NCBI GenBank assembly: GCA_977017645.1
Contig: OZ360233.1
Span: forward strand, 71,982,001 to 72,046,000
Origin: Torpedo marmorata
Lineage: Eukaryota
DNA: 64,000 nt
Direction: 5' to 3'
Notes under the pieces: model-generated
The model's database searches: none
Told to the model about the DNA's origin: nothing
Seen by the model: the letters and a program-made list of their open reading frames with translations, nothing else
Translations under genes and position numbers: made by a program
Part shown: positions 41,622 to 52,937 of the stretch, one piece after another
Layout: the number at the start of each line of letters is the position of its first letter
Numbering within the stretch: the stretch's first letter is position 1

Positions 41622-41735
41622 ATTATAATTAGCGAGGCATCATAACTTTTGTGCATTCTTTGATTTGGTAAGCCAAGAAAGGTTTGAGAACCTTTGCTGG
41701 AGAGTATACCTTACAAATTGATAAACATCACGTAC

Positions 41736-41828
41736 TATCTCATCACCCTCCTTGGGAGAAAAAAAGCGCCCGCCTTCTCCACGCTTTCGCTGCATTGCGT
41801 GGCGATGACGTGACTCATGGAGATACTT
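41736..41828 (-). CDS. NFYA: NFYA exon, DNA-binding subdomain (KYLHESRHRHAMQRKRGEGGRFFSPKEGDEI)
   Basis: HESRHxHAMxRxRGxGGRF CCAAT-binding motif; ttgcag| acceptor; donor ATA|GTACGT (an alternative in-frame donor would end the exon at 41715). Confidence 0.93.
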
Positions 41829-42089
41829 CTGCAAAATAAATAAGAAAAATTAATGGGAAACATTTCCAAGCTGAAGAGAGTTTTCAAAAAGGAGGCAACA
41901 CACATTTCTTCATTTATTTTTAAGGCAGCTGAACTGGCATTGCAATGGGAGAGAGAATCACTCCACATTGGGAGATGCAAATGTGTCAAATACACATCCA
42001 CGAAAAGTTATTTGACAAGTCCAGATGGCAATGTTTATAAAGCATCCAATGGTGCACAAAAAACATTTGTTCTGCTTGTAATGTACATC

Positions 42090-42950
42090 TTTAGCCACGG
42101 GTGAGGTGCCGGAGGATTGGAGCGTAGCTCCAATAATGATCTCTATGGTACTCCACTGTTTACAGTTGTCAACCATAAAATGTCTCCCCCTCCCCCCCCT
42201 TCCCAACTTGGTTCTTCTTGCTAGAAGGTATTCCTTTACACATGGCAATATATTATGTCCAACACCATAGGCCCTTATCGTGTGACTTTATCTTTTGAAA
42301 AGACATCTTGTTCAATGATTTTTGGAAGTCCAAATACATCTACTGGTTCCCCTCTATCCACTCTTGCCATGACTTCTTTAAAAAATCCTAGTAAACTCAT
42401 CAGGAACAATTTGCCCTTCATGAACCCTATCTACCTGTCTAATCACTTGCAAGGCACTATGTATCGGTACTCCCAACTCCCTCCGCTCTTCAACACTCCC
42501 CAGATCCCTACCATTCACTGTGTAGGTCCTACCCATGTTAGACCTCCCAAAATGCAACACCTCACATTTCTCTGCAATAAATTCCATCAACCATTCTTCT
42601 GTCCACTTGCCCAAACTATTGAGATCCTACTGCAAACTCTGGCAGCCATCGTCACGGTTTAGTGTCATTTACAAACTCGCTAATCATGCCATGTATGTTT
42701 TCATCCAAATCATTTATATAGATGGCAAACAGCAATGAGCCCAGCACCACTGAGACACACCACTAGTCATAAGTCTCCAGTCCAAAAAGCAGTCATCCAC
42801 CATGACCCTCTGCTTTCTTCCATGAAGCCAATTTTCTATCAATTCTGCTATCCCACCCAATCTAATCTTCCAGAGCAGCCTACTGTGCAGAACCTTATAA
42901 AATTTTCTAGCGATGGCTATGGTATTTATTGATATTATTCTGTAATAATG
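42090..42950 (-). mobile_element. Rearranged CR1 RT fragments
   Basis: KWTEEWLMEF..KCEVLHFGRSN; WLHGRKQRVMVD..SGV. Confidence 0.75.
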
Positions 42951-44979
42951 GAAAGTTTGTTGCATTTTCTATTGCAAAGTTTGATGCAAAATATTTGTTT
43001 AACTCGTCTGCACATCTTTGTTCCCCAGAACTATTTCCTCCAGCCTCTTCCTCTGAAGGAGCTTATGATCAACCGAGACTCATTTTTAGATTCCTCACTA
43101 GTTTGCCCTGAGTTTATCTTCTCTCAATGCTTTTGTCTTTGTTTGCTGGATTCTGGTTATCCTAGTCTTCAGAGTCCACCGCTAGCTTTTCCTTTTTATT
43201 GAAATATATTTTTGTTGAGCGTCATGAAACATCTCCTTAAACATCTGCCTCTATTTGTCCTTCCTGCTAGTCTATCCAGTCCACCTTAGCTAGCTCTATT
43301 CTCATTCTACTGTAATTCCTTTCATTAAAATTAAGTTGTTTCTCATTCTCAAAGTGAACACAAAGTTAAATCATGCTATGATCTTTACTTCCTCAGGAAT
43401 ATTTCACTCAGATGTAATTTATTAATCTTACCTCTTCACCCAATATCTGATGCAAGATAGCTTGTTCGCTGAATGGCTCGATAATATATTGCTCCAGGAG
43501 CCACCATAAATACACACTATAATTTTATTCTCAAAGCTAATTTCCCAACTTGATTAACCCAACTACATGAAGATTAAAGCCTCCCATAATTATTGCATTG
43601 CTCTCTTTATACATTTATTATTTGTAGAGTTATATACCCTTTCCTGCAGTGTTACTGTAGAGATCGAAAAACTACTTCCAGCTCATTTTTTTAATCTCCC
43701 CCCAAAATGGACTTAACACGTTCTGAGCCTTATCATAACTGTAAATGTCACCCCACCACCTTATCCTTCCTGCCCATTCTCCCTAAAGTCAAATATCTCT
43801 GAATATCAAGCTGCCAGTTTCAACTCCTTGCCCCACAGACATGGCTATCAGATCATACCTGTTTAGTTCTTTTTGTACCATTAGTTCATCTATTTTATCC
43901 TTTACCTTTTAGCTGTGTTGTGACCACCTCACTAAATGTTTCAAGCATCTACTTTCCTGAATACAAGTGGACATTTATCAGTGAATGTTGATAGGATGTA
44001 GCAAATGCCAGCTTCTGTACAATGACCCAGGCAGGCATCCTTTGATGGACAGTACTGTGTCAATGCAGGGCCTTAACTCTGAACGTTTTGGATAAAGAAG
44101 AAAGATTAGCACACAGTAGCAATGTATGCGTTCTATCTACATTAGAAGTTTGGGTTGTAGTCAGAGGAAATAAATGTACATCTATTTAACAGAAAATGGA
44201 AATGAAAGAAAAATTTGCAGGACAGGGACCGAGTTTAAACTCTTACAGCATAATTATGTAAATTCTGTTTTTTTTATATCCTCAGTGGGTTTGAAGTTGT
44301 GGGCTTATGTCTATTGATTCTGAAGTATTTTTGCGGAATTTACTAATATTTTACAGTTTAACAAAGATGCTAACGAGCACATTCTTTGTTAAATTTGTTT
44401 GCATGTTTTACTGAAACCAGATATTGCATTTGCAGCATAGCATCTTGGTTGAAATGAGTAACTGGCCGCTGGTCAGATGGAATAAGGTGGGAGGAGGGTC
44501 AGATATTGTGGAGCATTAACACTCCAGGACAACCTAATTGGGCTGAACAGTTTGTTACCAAGAGGTAAATTCAATCCGAAATGAAGTTACATTTTTGCTC
44601 TGACGTAGTGTTCAAAACTTTGGCCTCTGGATGTGCATTAAAATATTATTTTAGGAGAAATATAAAGATGCTCATGCAATGGTCATGATATTTGTCTTAT
44701 ACACATCTAAACTTTGACAATAGTTTGCAAGAAAATAAAGGAAAATTTCCATTGCAATGTGTAATCAGTATTCCAGGCATACAACAGAAGAAATACAAAC
44801 CAAGAATAAACAAGCACTCTATAATTTCTAGTCTCGTAAATGTGATTATTCAAATGTTTCCATCAGAACATACATCATAACACTTGGCAATATAATTTAG
44901 CCACCACAAAGGAAATTTAAGTTCTGGTGAAGTTTTATTCATCTGTGAAGAGCAAATTACATTATCCTACATAGCTTAC

Positions 44980-45153
44980 CCTCCTTTCTTTTGGAATTCT
45001 GCCTTCTGCCTCTAGTTTGGCTCTTGCCTGTCTTCTTTTCAAGATTCGATGATACTGTTTAGCATTTACATACAACGGTTCTTCTTCCAGTAGTTCTGCA
45101 CCTGGCAAGGGAATTCTCTGCATAGCTGGAACTGTGCTTGCCCCTGGTACCAT
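44980..45153 (-). CDS. NFYA: NFYA exon, subunit-interaction helix (MVPGASTVPAMQRIPLPGAELLEEEPLYVNAKQYHRILKRRQARAKLEAEGRIPKERR)
   Basis: EEPLYVNAKQYHRILKRRQARAK HAP2/NF-YA signature; tgcag| acceptor, AGG|GTAAGC donor; 174 nt. Confidence 0.98.
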
Positions 45154-46765
45154 CTGCATGATTTATCATTAAAAAGTGCCAATGAAAAGATTGACAAGAA
45201 AAGGTTGCTTGTCTCCTGTACCTATGATAATTTTAAAACATGTATATTGTTTTTTTTCCACAGCTTAATAAATTATTATTTTTTTCATAATTTATAACAT
45301 GTTCCAATTAATCCTTACATGAATGAGAAACTATTTCTACACCAAAATAAGAGTTATGGCAAGAGGCTTTTACGTGTCATGTAAAGGTAAAAAGATTTAT
45401 CCCAAGCATCGAAAATTTGAATTCTGCCTCTGGGAGACAATCTGGCTTCGGCTAGTTCACTTGAATAATACAATTGTAAAGCAATGTCACCAATATTAAA
45501 AGGTCTTCTCAAAAGTATAATAGGAGAAGACAGAAATTGGCTTTGCGGTTTTGGGAAATAAGAGGGAAGATACCTAATAATTGATTTCATAGGGAGACAG
45601 CATCAAGTGAAGATGAGAAGCTGAATAAGATCATTGCTGTTAAGTTTCAACTAGATCTACAGTGCCCTCCATAATGTTTGGGAGAAAAGACACATTTTTT
45701 ACCTTATTTTCCCCTGTGCTTCAGTTAAAAAATTTTAATCAAACAATTCACATGTGATTAAAGTGCACATTCCAGATTTTATTAATGTTTTTTTTTACAT
45801 TTTGGTTTGACCATGTAGAAATTACAGCACCTTTTATACATAGTCCCCTCATTTCAGGGCATCATAATGTTTGGAACATTACTCAGATATATTTAATTGC
45901 TTCATTGGTGCAGGTATAAGAGAACAAGGCTTGTTTCTAAGCTTTTGATCACCTATGGAGTCTGTAGTTGCCATTTTTCAACAGAAGGACCAGAGTTGTG
46001 CCAATGAAAGTCAAAGAAGCTAGTATGAGGCTGAAAATCAAGAATAAAACAGTAAGAGACATCACCCAAACCTTAGGATTACCAAAATCAACTGTTTGGA
46101 ACATTATTTAGAAAAAAGAGCGTACAGGTGAGCTCAGTAATCGCAAAGGGACTAGAAGGCCAAGGAAGACCTCCACTGCTGATGACAGAATAATTCTATT
46201 CATAATGAAGAAAAATCCCCAAATGCCTGTCTGACAGATAAGAAAAACTCTTCAGGAGGCAGGTGTGGATGTGTCAATGACGACTGTCCACAGAAGACTG
46301 CATGAACAGAAATACAGAGGCTATAGTGCAAGATGCAAACCACTAATTAGCCACAGGAACAGGATGGCCAGATTACAGTTTGCCAAGAAGTATTTAAAAG
46401 AGCCTGCAGAATTCTGGCAAAAGGACTAATGAGACCAAGATTAACCTGTATCAGAGTGATGGCAAGAGCAAAGTGTGGCGACGTAAAGGAACTGCCCAAG
46501 ATCCAAACCCTACCACCTCATTTGTGAAACATAGTGGTGGGGGTGTTATGGCCTGGGCATGTACGGTTGCCACAGGTACTGACACATTTAGATAGATTTA
46601 GATTTCAGATTTATTGTCAGAATACATACATGACATCACATACAACTGAGATTCTTTTCCTGCGGGCAAGGCAGAATTACCACTTATTGGTAGTGCAAAA
46701 AACATTGTACACAACGTACACATGTAAACAAATAAAGAACTGTAAATAGATAACAAAATGTAAAC

Positions 46766-47610
46766 TGTTATGGACCATGACTGACCATTTGGACTGCGGA
46801 CAGTCAGCAGGAAGGATGAAGTATTTTGGAGTATACACTGGGACCAGGTACTGAAAGAGTTAACTTGCCCAGGACTTGGTGTACCCAGAGAGAGCAGAGA
46901 GAGACAGGTTGTGGAAAAGATACTTTGTTGCATTTTTGCAAAAGCAGGTGCAGACCTCTGCAAAAAGCAGACAGCTGGGAGTTGCAAAGGCTAGAGAACA
47001 CAGCCAAATCCAGGCTTGTGCATCCGAGGAAAAGGCTGGAAGGATAGCACATGGCCTCCTGTCTCAGAGAAATTCTGAGGTAAAGCAACTTCTGTGGAGA
47101 ACAGGCGTGAGATCAGCGAGACTAGCTGTGAGATCCAAGCACACGCCTCAATCAGTGGTATACTGATCTGAACTCGCAATCCTTATGAAAACACAAGAAG
47201 GGAACGTCATCAGAGAAGAAAAACAAGTATTTGTAAGCATAAACAGTCATTGTCTCTCTCCAACGTTCATTTAGAAGTACTTCTACCAGACACAGAGCTG
47301 AATTTGAAGCCTGAACTTAGAGAGTGAATTTTGTGGACTGTATTATTCTTTTTTTGGACTGACTTGTTTTTTTATGACTGACCTGGGGTTTTTGGGGAAA
47401 GTTTTTCCATTTTTACATGAGGGTTGGGCACAGACTGTAATGGTCTGGGCTTTACATACACACACCTTTTAGATAAGAATCGTGTTTATAGACGTTTATA
47501 GTGGGGTTAATTGTTGTGAAATTATGTTTAATTGTCTTTAATAAATATAAATTTCAATTTTACCCCTTTTGCGTTGCCTCTTCTGTCGTTGCTGGTTTGA
47601 TTTTGTAACA
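46766..47610. mobile_element. Solo LTR (845 bp)
   Basis: TGTTA...TAACA termini; 4-bp TSD AAAC; AATAAA near the right end; homologous to 53654-54777. Confidence 0.88.
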
Positions 47611-48012
47611 AAACAAACTGTGCAATACAGAGAGAATTTTAAAAAAAATCAATAAAGTGCGCAAGTAAGAGTCTTTAAATGAGTCCCTGATTGAGTTTGT
47701 TGTTGAGGAGTCTGATTGTGGTGGACTAGCAACTGTTCCTAAACATGGTGGTGAGAGTCTTGTGGCACCTATACTTCTTTCCTGATGGCAGGAGCGAAAA
47801 CAGAACGTGGGCTGGGTGGTGTGGATCCTTGATGATTGCTGCTGCTCTCTGACGGCAGCGTTCCCTGTAGATGTTCTCGATAGTGGAGAGGGTTTTGCCT
47901 GTGATGTCCTGGGCTGTGTCCACTACCTTTTGGAGGGCTTTACGCTCAGGGGTATTGGTGTCCCCATACCAGACCGTGATGCAGCCAGTCAACACACTTT
48001 CCAACTCACATT

Positions 48013-48256
48013 TGGGCGGCACAGTTAGCGCAGCGCTGTTACAGTGCCAGCGATCAGGGTTTGAATCCTGCGCTGTCTGTAAGGAGTTTATATGTTCTCC
48101 CCGTGTCTGCGTGGAATTTCCCCGGGGGCTCCGGTTTCCTCCCACTGTTAAAAAAAAAAACGCACCGGGGGTTGTAGGTCAATTGGGTGTAATTGCGTGG
48201 TATGGGCTTGTTGGCCGAAGGGGTCTGTTACTGTGCTGTATGTCTAAATTTAAATT
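48013..48256 (+). mobile_element. V-SINE inserted in the Rex1 LINE
   Basis: ggcggcacagttagcg...GGTTTGAATCC, V-domain; splits the Rex1 ORF. Confidence 0.85.
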
Positions 48257-50136
48257 TGCCAGGGGTTCTGGTGTCATACCAAACCTCCGCAAACTCCTGA
48301 GGAAGTAGAGGCACTGACATGCTTTCTTCAAGATGCCATTAGTGTGTTGGGTCCAGGAAAGATCCTCCGAGATAGTGACTTCCAAGAACTTAAATTTACT
48401 CACCCTCTCCACCTCTGATCCCCCAATGATCACTGGATCGTATACCTCTGGTTTTCCCTTCCTGAAGTCAACAATTAGCTCCTTGGATTTGGTGACATTG
48501 AGTGCAAAGTTGTTGTTGGTGCACCATTCAGCCAAGTTTTCAATCTCTCTCTTGTACATGACTGATCACGTTTCTTTATTCAACCCACTACCGTGGTATC
48601 TTCAGAAAATTTGTAGATGGTGTTATTGTCGTACCGAACCACACAGTCGTAGGTGTAAAGTAAGTAGAGTAGGGCGATATGTCTGCAGCCCTGTAGTGCT
48701 CCGTTACTGATGGAGATTGTGGAGGAGATGTTCTTACCAATCGTCACTGATTGTGGTCTGGAGGTGAGAAAATCTATGATCCAATTACACAGTGGAGTAT
48801 TGAGTCCCAGGTCTTGGAGTTTGTTGATCAGTTTTGAGGGGATGATTTTGTTAAATGCCGAACTGTAGTCGATAAAGAGCATCCTGATGAATGCATCTCT
48901 GTGTTCCAGGGCTTTGTGTAGAGCCAGTGAGATGGCATCCGCCATAGACCTGTTGCTACGATAGGCGAACTAGAACGTTTCCATGTTGCCGCTCAGACAG
49001 GAGCTGATATGCTTCAACACTAGTCTTTCAAAACATTTCATCACTGTTGATGTAAGTGCTACTGATCGATAGTTATTAAGGCAGTTTACTACGCTGTTCT
49101 TGGGCACTGGTATGATTGATGCCTGTTTGATCCAGGTGGGTACCATGCCCTGCCGGAATGAGATGTTGACGATATCCGTGAATACATTGGTAAGTTGGTC
49201 AGCACAGATTTTTAACACTCAGCTTGGTACTCCGTCCGGACCGGATGCTTTCCTTGGATTCACTCTCCTGAAGGCAGCATGCACGTCATCCTCGCATACG
49301 GACAGGATAGGATCATCAGGGGACGTGGGGGTGCGGAGGGGTCTTATCTTCATTGATGTAACTGCTGATGGCAGTAGCAAAATGAATTCTGAAGTGTATA
49401 GAAACATCTTATCTGCTTGAGTTTGAGCAAATGCCTCCAAACTCATTGGATGGCGTTTCATCAGACAGCAAGACAATGATCCCAAACATACTGCTGAAGC
49501 AACAAAGGAGTTTTTCCAAAGCTAATAACTGGAAATTTCTTGAATGGCCAAGTTAGTCACCAGATCTAAATCCAATTCAGCATGCCTTCCATATGCTGAA
49601 GAGAAAACTGAAAGGGACAAGCCCCCGACAAGCAGGAGTTGAAGATGGTTGCAGTAGAGGCCTGGCAGAGCATCACCAGACAGGATACTCAGCACCTAAT
49701 GATGTCTATGAATCACAGACTTCAAGCAGTCATTGAATGCAAGGGATATTCAACAAAGTACTAAACATGACTACTTTAATATACATACCATTGCTATGTC
49801 CCAAATAAAAATGGCAACTACAGACTCCAAAGGTGATCAAAAGCTTAGAAGCAAGCCCAGCTCTCTTATACCTGCACCAATGAAGCAATTAAACATACTT
49901 GAGTAATCATAAACACCTGCGAAGCCAAATGTCCCAAACATAGTGGCCTGAAATGGGGCAACCATGTATTAAAAAGTACTGTAATTTCTACATGGTCAAT
50001 CCAAAATGTACACAAATACCCTTTAATAAAATCTGGTATGTGCATTTTAATCACATGTGAATTGTTTGATTACAAATTTAAAACTGTGGAGCACAGGGGC
50101 AAATAAAGGATAAAAAATGTGTCTTTGTCCCAAACA

Positions 50137-50362
50137 GCACCAATAGCCTGAATACGACTGGGATTGTCTGATCTCGGAAGCTAAAGCAGGCACAGGACTG
50201 GTCAGTACTTTGAGGGGAGACTGCCAAGAAACACCAGGTGCTGTAGGTTTCTGTGAGAGGCGCTGGACAAAGTAGCCTTACGTTCGACAAAAATTAAAAG
50301 AATTTCATGTATGTTACATTTTAAATGTAGTATTACGTGACAATAATGAAACCTTTACCTTT
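50137..50362 (+). mobile_element. 5S rRNA-derived SINE (SINE3-type) or 5S retrocopy, inserted in the right Tc1 TIR
   Basis: 50137-50250 matches 5S rRNA (gtctgatctcggaagctaa..agtact..gggagac..ggtgctgtagg), followed by a ~110-nt non-5S tail ending gtgacaataatgaa(accttt)2; short AACA duplication. Confidence 0.8.
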
Positions 50363-50719
50363 AACATTATTGAGAGCACTGTATGTTCTTACAAATTCTG
50401 AATGCATGCAATACTGTTGTGTATTTAAAAATATGTACACCTTAAACCAAATGAATATTAAAAAGGCTCATTTCAAAGGCAATAAATATTTGCCTTTATG
50501 AAATAAGATTGCATTCTCCACTTTGTGTATATTTTTAACAAAAAAAGTCTAAAAACCTATGCTTACATAAAAAATTATACAGAAAAAACAGAATGGGTTT
50601 CCTGTATAGTAAAATAATAAAATTCATTGACAGCTGGATCAAACTAGAGAACCATGGAAAGGGATGAGTACACAGTATATTTTTATCACAATATAGTAAC
50701 GTCACACATGATTACGGAT

Positions 50720-50920
50720 TCAGAGACACAAGAGACTGCAGATGCTAGAATCTGGAGCAAAAAAACCCAAACTGCTGGAGAAACTCAGCAGGTCAGGCAA
50801 CATCTGAGAAGTCAGAGGGACAGGTCTTATGCAGGTCTTGACTTGAAACGTTGATTATCCTTCTACCTTCACAAATCCTGCATATCATGTTGACCTCCTC
50901 CAGCAGTTTGTTTTTGCATC
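50720..50920. repeat. Penelope-derived short inverted-repeat element
   Basis: ctgcagatgctagaatctggagc..ctgctggagaaactcagcaggtcagg..gaaacgttga..cctccagcagtttg. Confidence 0.65.
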
Positions 50921-51012
50921 ATCTTAGAGAGATTTGGTTATAATTTAAAAAAAAATTAAAATTCTGTAAACAACCAAACTATGATCTATTTAAAACGTTT
51001 CTTCAAACTTAC

Positions 51013-51179
51013 CATTACCATACCGCCTGCATTGACCATACTTCCAGTGACTGGTAGTGTTACTGTTACAGTGCCCTGGTTGCTATTTGTGGTGCTTGTG
51101 CTGGCTCCTGTCTGGACAATTTGGGCCCCAGCTAGACTGGCAGCAGGAATGGTGATCATGCCTGTAACAGGGACTGCAA
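51013..51179 (-). CDS. NFYA: NFYA exon 7-equivalent ((V)AVPVTGMITIPAASLAGAQIVQTGASTSTTNSNQGTVTVTLPVTGSMVNAGGMVM)
   Basis: Strong similarity to the vertebrate NF-YA S/T-rich segment; acceptor ctaaag| (alternative acag| would start the exon at 51161); ATG|GTAAGT donor. Confidence 0.95.
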
Positions 51180-52600
51180 CTTTAGCACATAACACAAAGA
51201 GAAAAGAGACAAGACATAAAGGAGACAAGAGAAAGAGGACAGAATAAAAACAAAGGATCAAAAGTGAGAGAAAGACATGAGAGAACAAAGAGGAGATAAA
51301 TGAAAGGAATAAGATTAATCCCTTCACTCTACAAGAAAATACACACCGTTAAAAGTTTCTGTAAGCTAAATTAATCTAACTTCAATTAATGCAAATAAAA
51401 ACTTATTTTCAAAAATATATTTATAAGTAATACAAAATGCAGATCTTTGCAATCTAAAATGGTCCAGATTTTGAAATATTTAGCTTGTGTGCTGTGAAGT
51501 ATGTACTACTTCAGTCTACGTTTCATGATTGCATGTTCAATGTGTGCTGAGATCATGATTGGAAACATTCGTGACATGGTGAGAGTTTACCACAGTTAGG
51601 TTTTATTTTAAATTCATTCTTTTGGAGCAGGGGATTGCTGACAATGTCAGAATTTAATAACCATCCCTAATTGCCTGAGATGGTGGTAGTGAGTCACATT
51701 TTTCAACTGTGCAATTGTTCTGGTGAAGACTACCCTGAGTACTGTTGTGTGAGGAGTTCCAGGACTCAGACCCAGCAATGATGAAAGAATGACAATACAA
51801 ATCCAAATCATGATGAGATACGACTTGTTCGGGATCCTCCAAGTAATGGCGTTTTCATGTGCCTAAATCACTTGTCCTCTCTATGGCAGAGGTTACTGGT
51901 TTGGGAGGTGCCACTGGAATAGCCCAAGTGCGTTAAGCACTGCATTTGTAGATGGTACACATGACAGCTAATGTGCACTGTCAGCAGAGAGAAATAATGT
52001 CGAGGGTGGGAGATGAGGTACCAATCAAATAAGCTCCTGATGCTGGAAGGTGTTCAGCTTGGAGTTGTACTCAAACAAGCCTGTGCAGACTATTTTCATC
52101 ACATTCTTGATTTGTGTCTTGTAGATGGTGGAAGGTCTTTTGTGGCGAGTTACTTGCCCAAGGGCATCCACCCCTGAACTACTCTTTTGGCCAAAGCACC
52201 ATATGGCTGAAGCACGATTCCCCAAAATGCTGACAGTGGGGGAATGTCAAGAGTAGGTGATTAGACTCTCTCATTGGAGATGGTCATTGTGTGGCACTTT
52301 TTTTGTGAATGTTACTTTTTCTGTGGTGTGAATGTTATTTGCCATTTTTTCAAACTATGCTGAGGTTTTGCTGCATCCAAGTGTAGATTGCTTCATTTGC
52401 TGAGGAGTTGTGAATGGAACTGAACTTTGTGCAATTATCTTTATATCTGACTTTATGACAGAAGGTCACTGATAAAGCAACTGAAAACAGCAAGGCTTTA
52501 GACACTGAGCTGATGTGATGACATGGAACTGGAATCATAGACCTCCAACAACCTGAGCTACCATCTACTGTGTGAGATTTTCTCTTGATAACCATTGGCT

Positions 52601-52937
52601 TGTAGCGCGCTGTGGCTGCTGCGTCGAAGAAATATCACCACACACGAGGTAAGCTCAAACAAGACTGATTTAATGAGGCTCTGGCTCTGCTTATATAGGG
52701 CTAGCTACCTGGAGAGACCCGCCTCTTCCGGCCGAGATGACATCATGGGCCAGCCACTGATTGGTCGGTTTTCCCGCCGGTGGAGATGACGTCACGGGCC
52801 AGCCGCCGATTGGTCGGTTTTCCTGCTGGTGCTGGAGCTGATGCAAGAAGGCCATTTAGTCTGTGGCCTTGACGCGATCGCCGAGTTCGACCGCCATTTT
52901 GTGCAGCGGGTCGCCGATCGGCTCGCGGGCCGCTACA
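52601..52937 (-). mobile_element. Gypsy 3' LTR (337 bp)
   Basis: TGTAGCG...CGCTACA termini; polypurine tract GGGGGAAGGGGCG at 52938-52950 on -; TATATAA 52691-52697; ATTAAA 52669-52674. Confidence 0.88.

Larger units (their letters stand above)
46586..49340 (-). mobile_element. 5'-truncated Rex1/Babar LINE inside the Tc1 transposase
   Basis: [56 protein letters not shown] motifs across frameshifts; tail tgacaataaatctgaaatctaa. Confidence 0.92.
45660..50381 (+). mobile_element. Tc1-family DNA transposon (defective), interrupted by nested insertions
   Basis: TA|CAGTGCCCTCCATAATGTTTGGGA ... AACATTATTGAGAGCACTG|TA; long TIRs (~300 bp); transposase remnants ~45980-46585 (HTH, KSTVWNI, VKHSGGGVMAW) and 49341-49770 (QQDNDPKH, SPDLNPI). 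Confidence 0.93.

Noticed and set aside
50137-50250. Functional 5S rRNA gene
   Set aside because: Solitary, diverged, 5'-clipped, fused to a LINE-like tail and inserted in a transposon TIR
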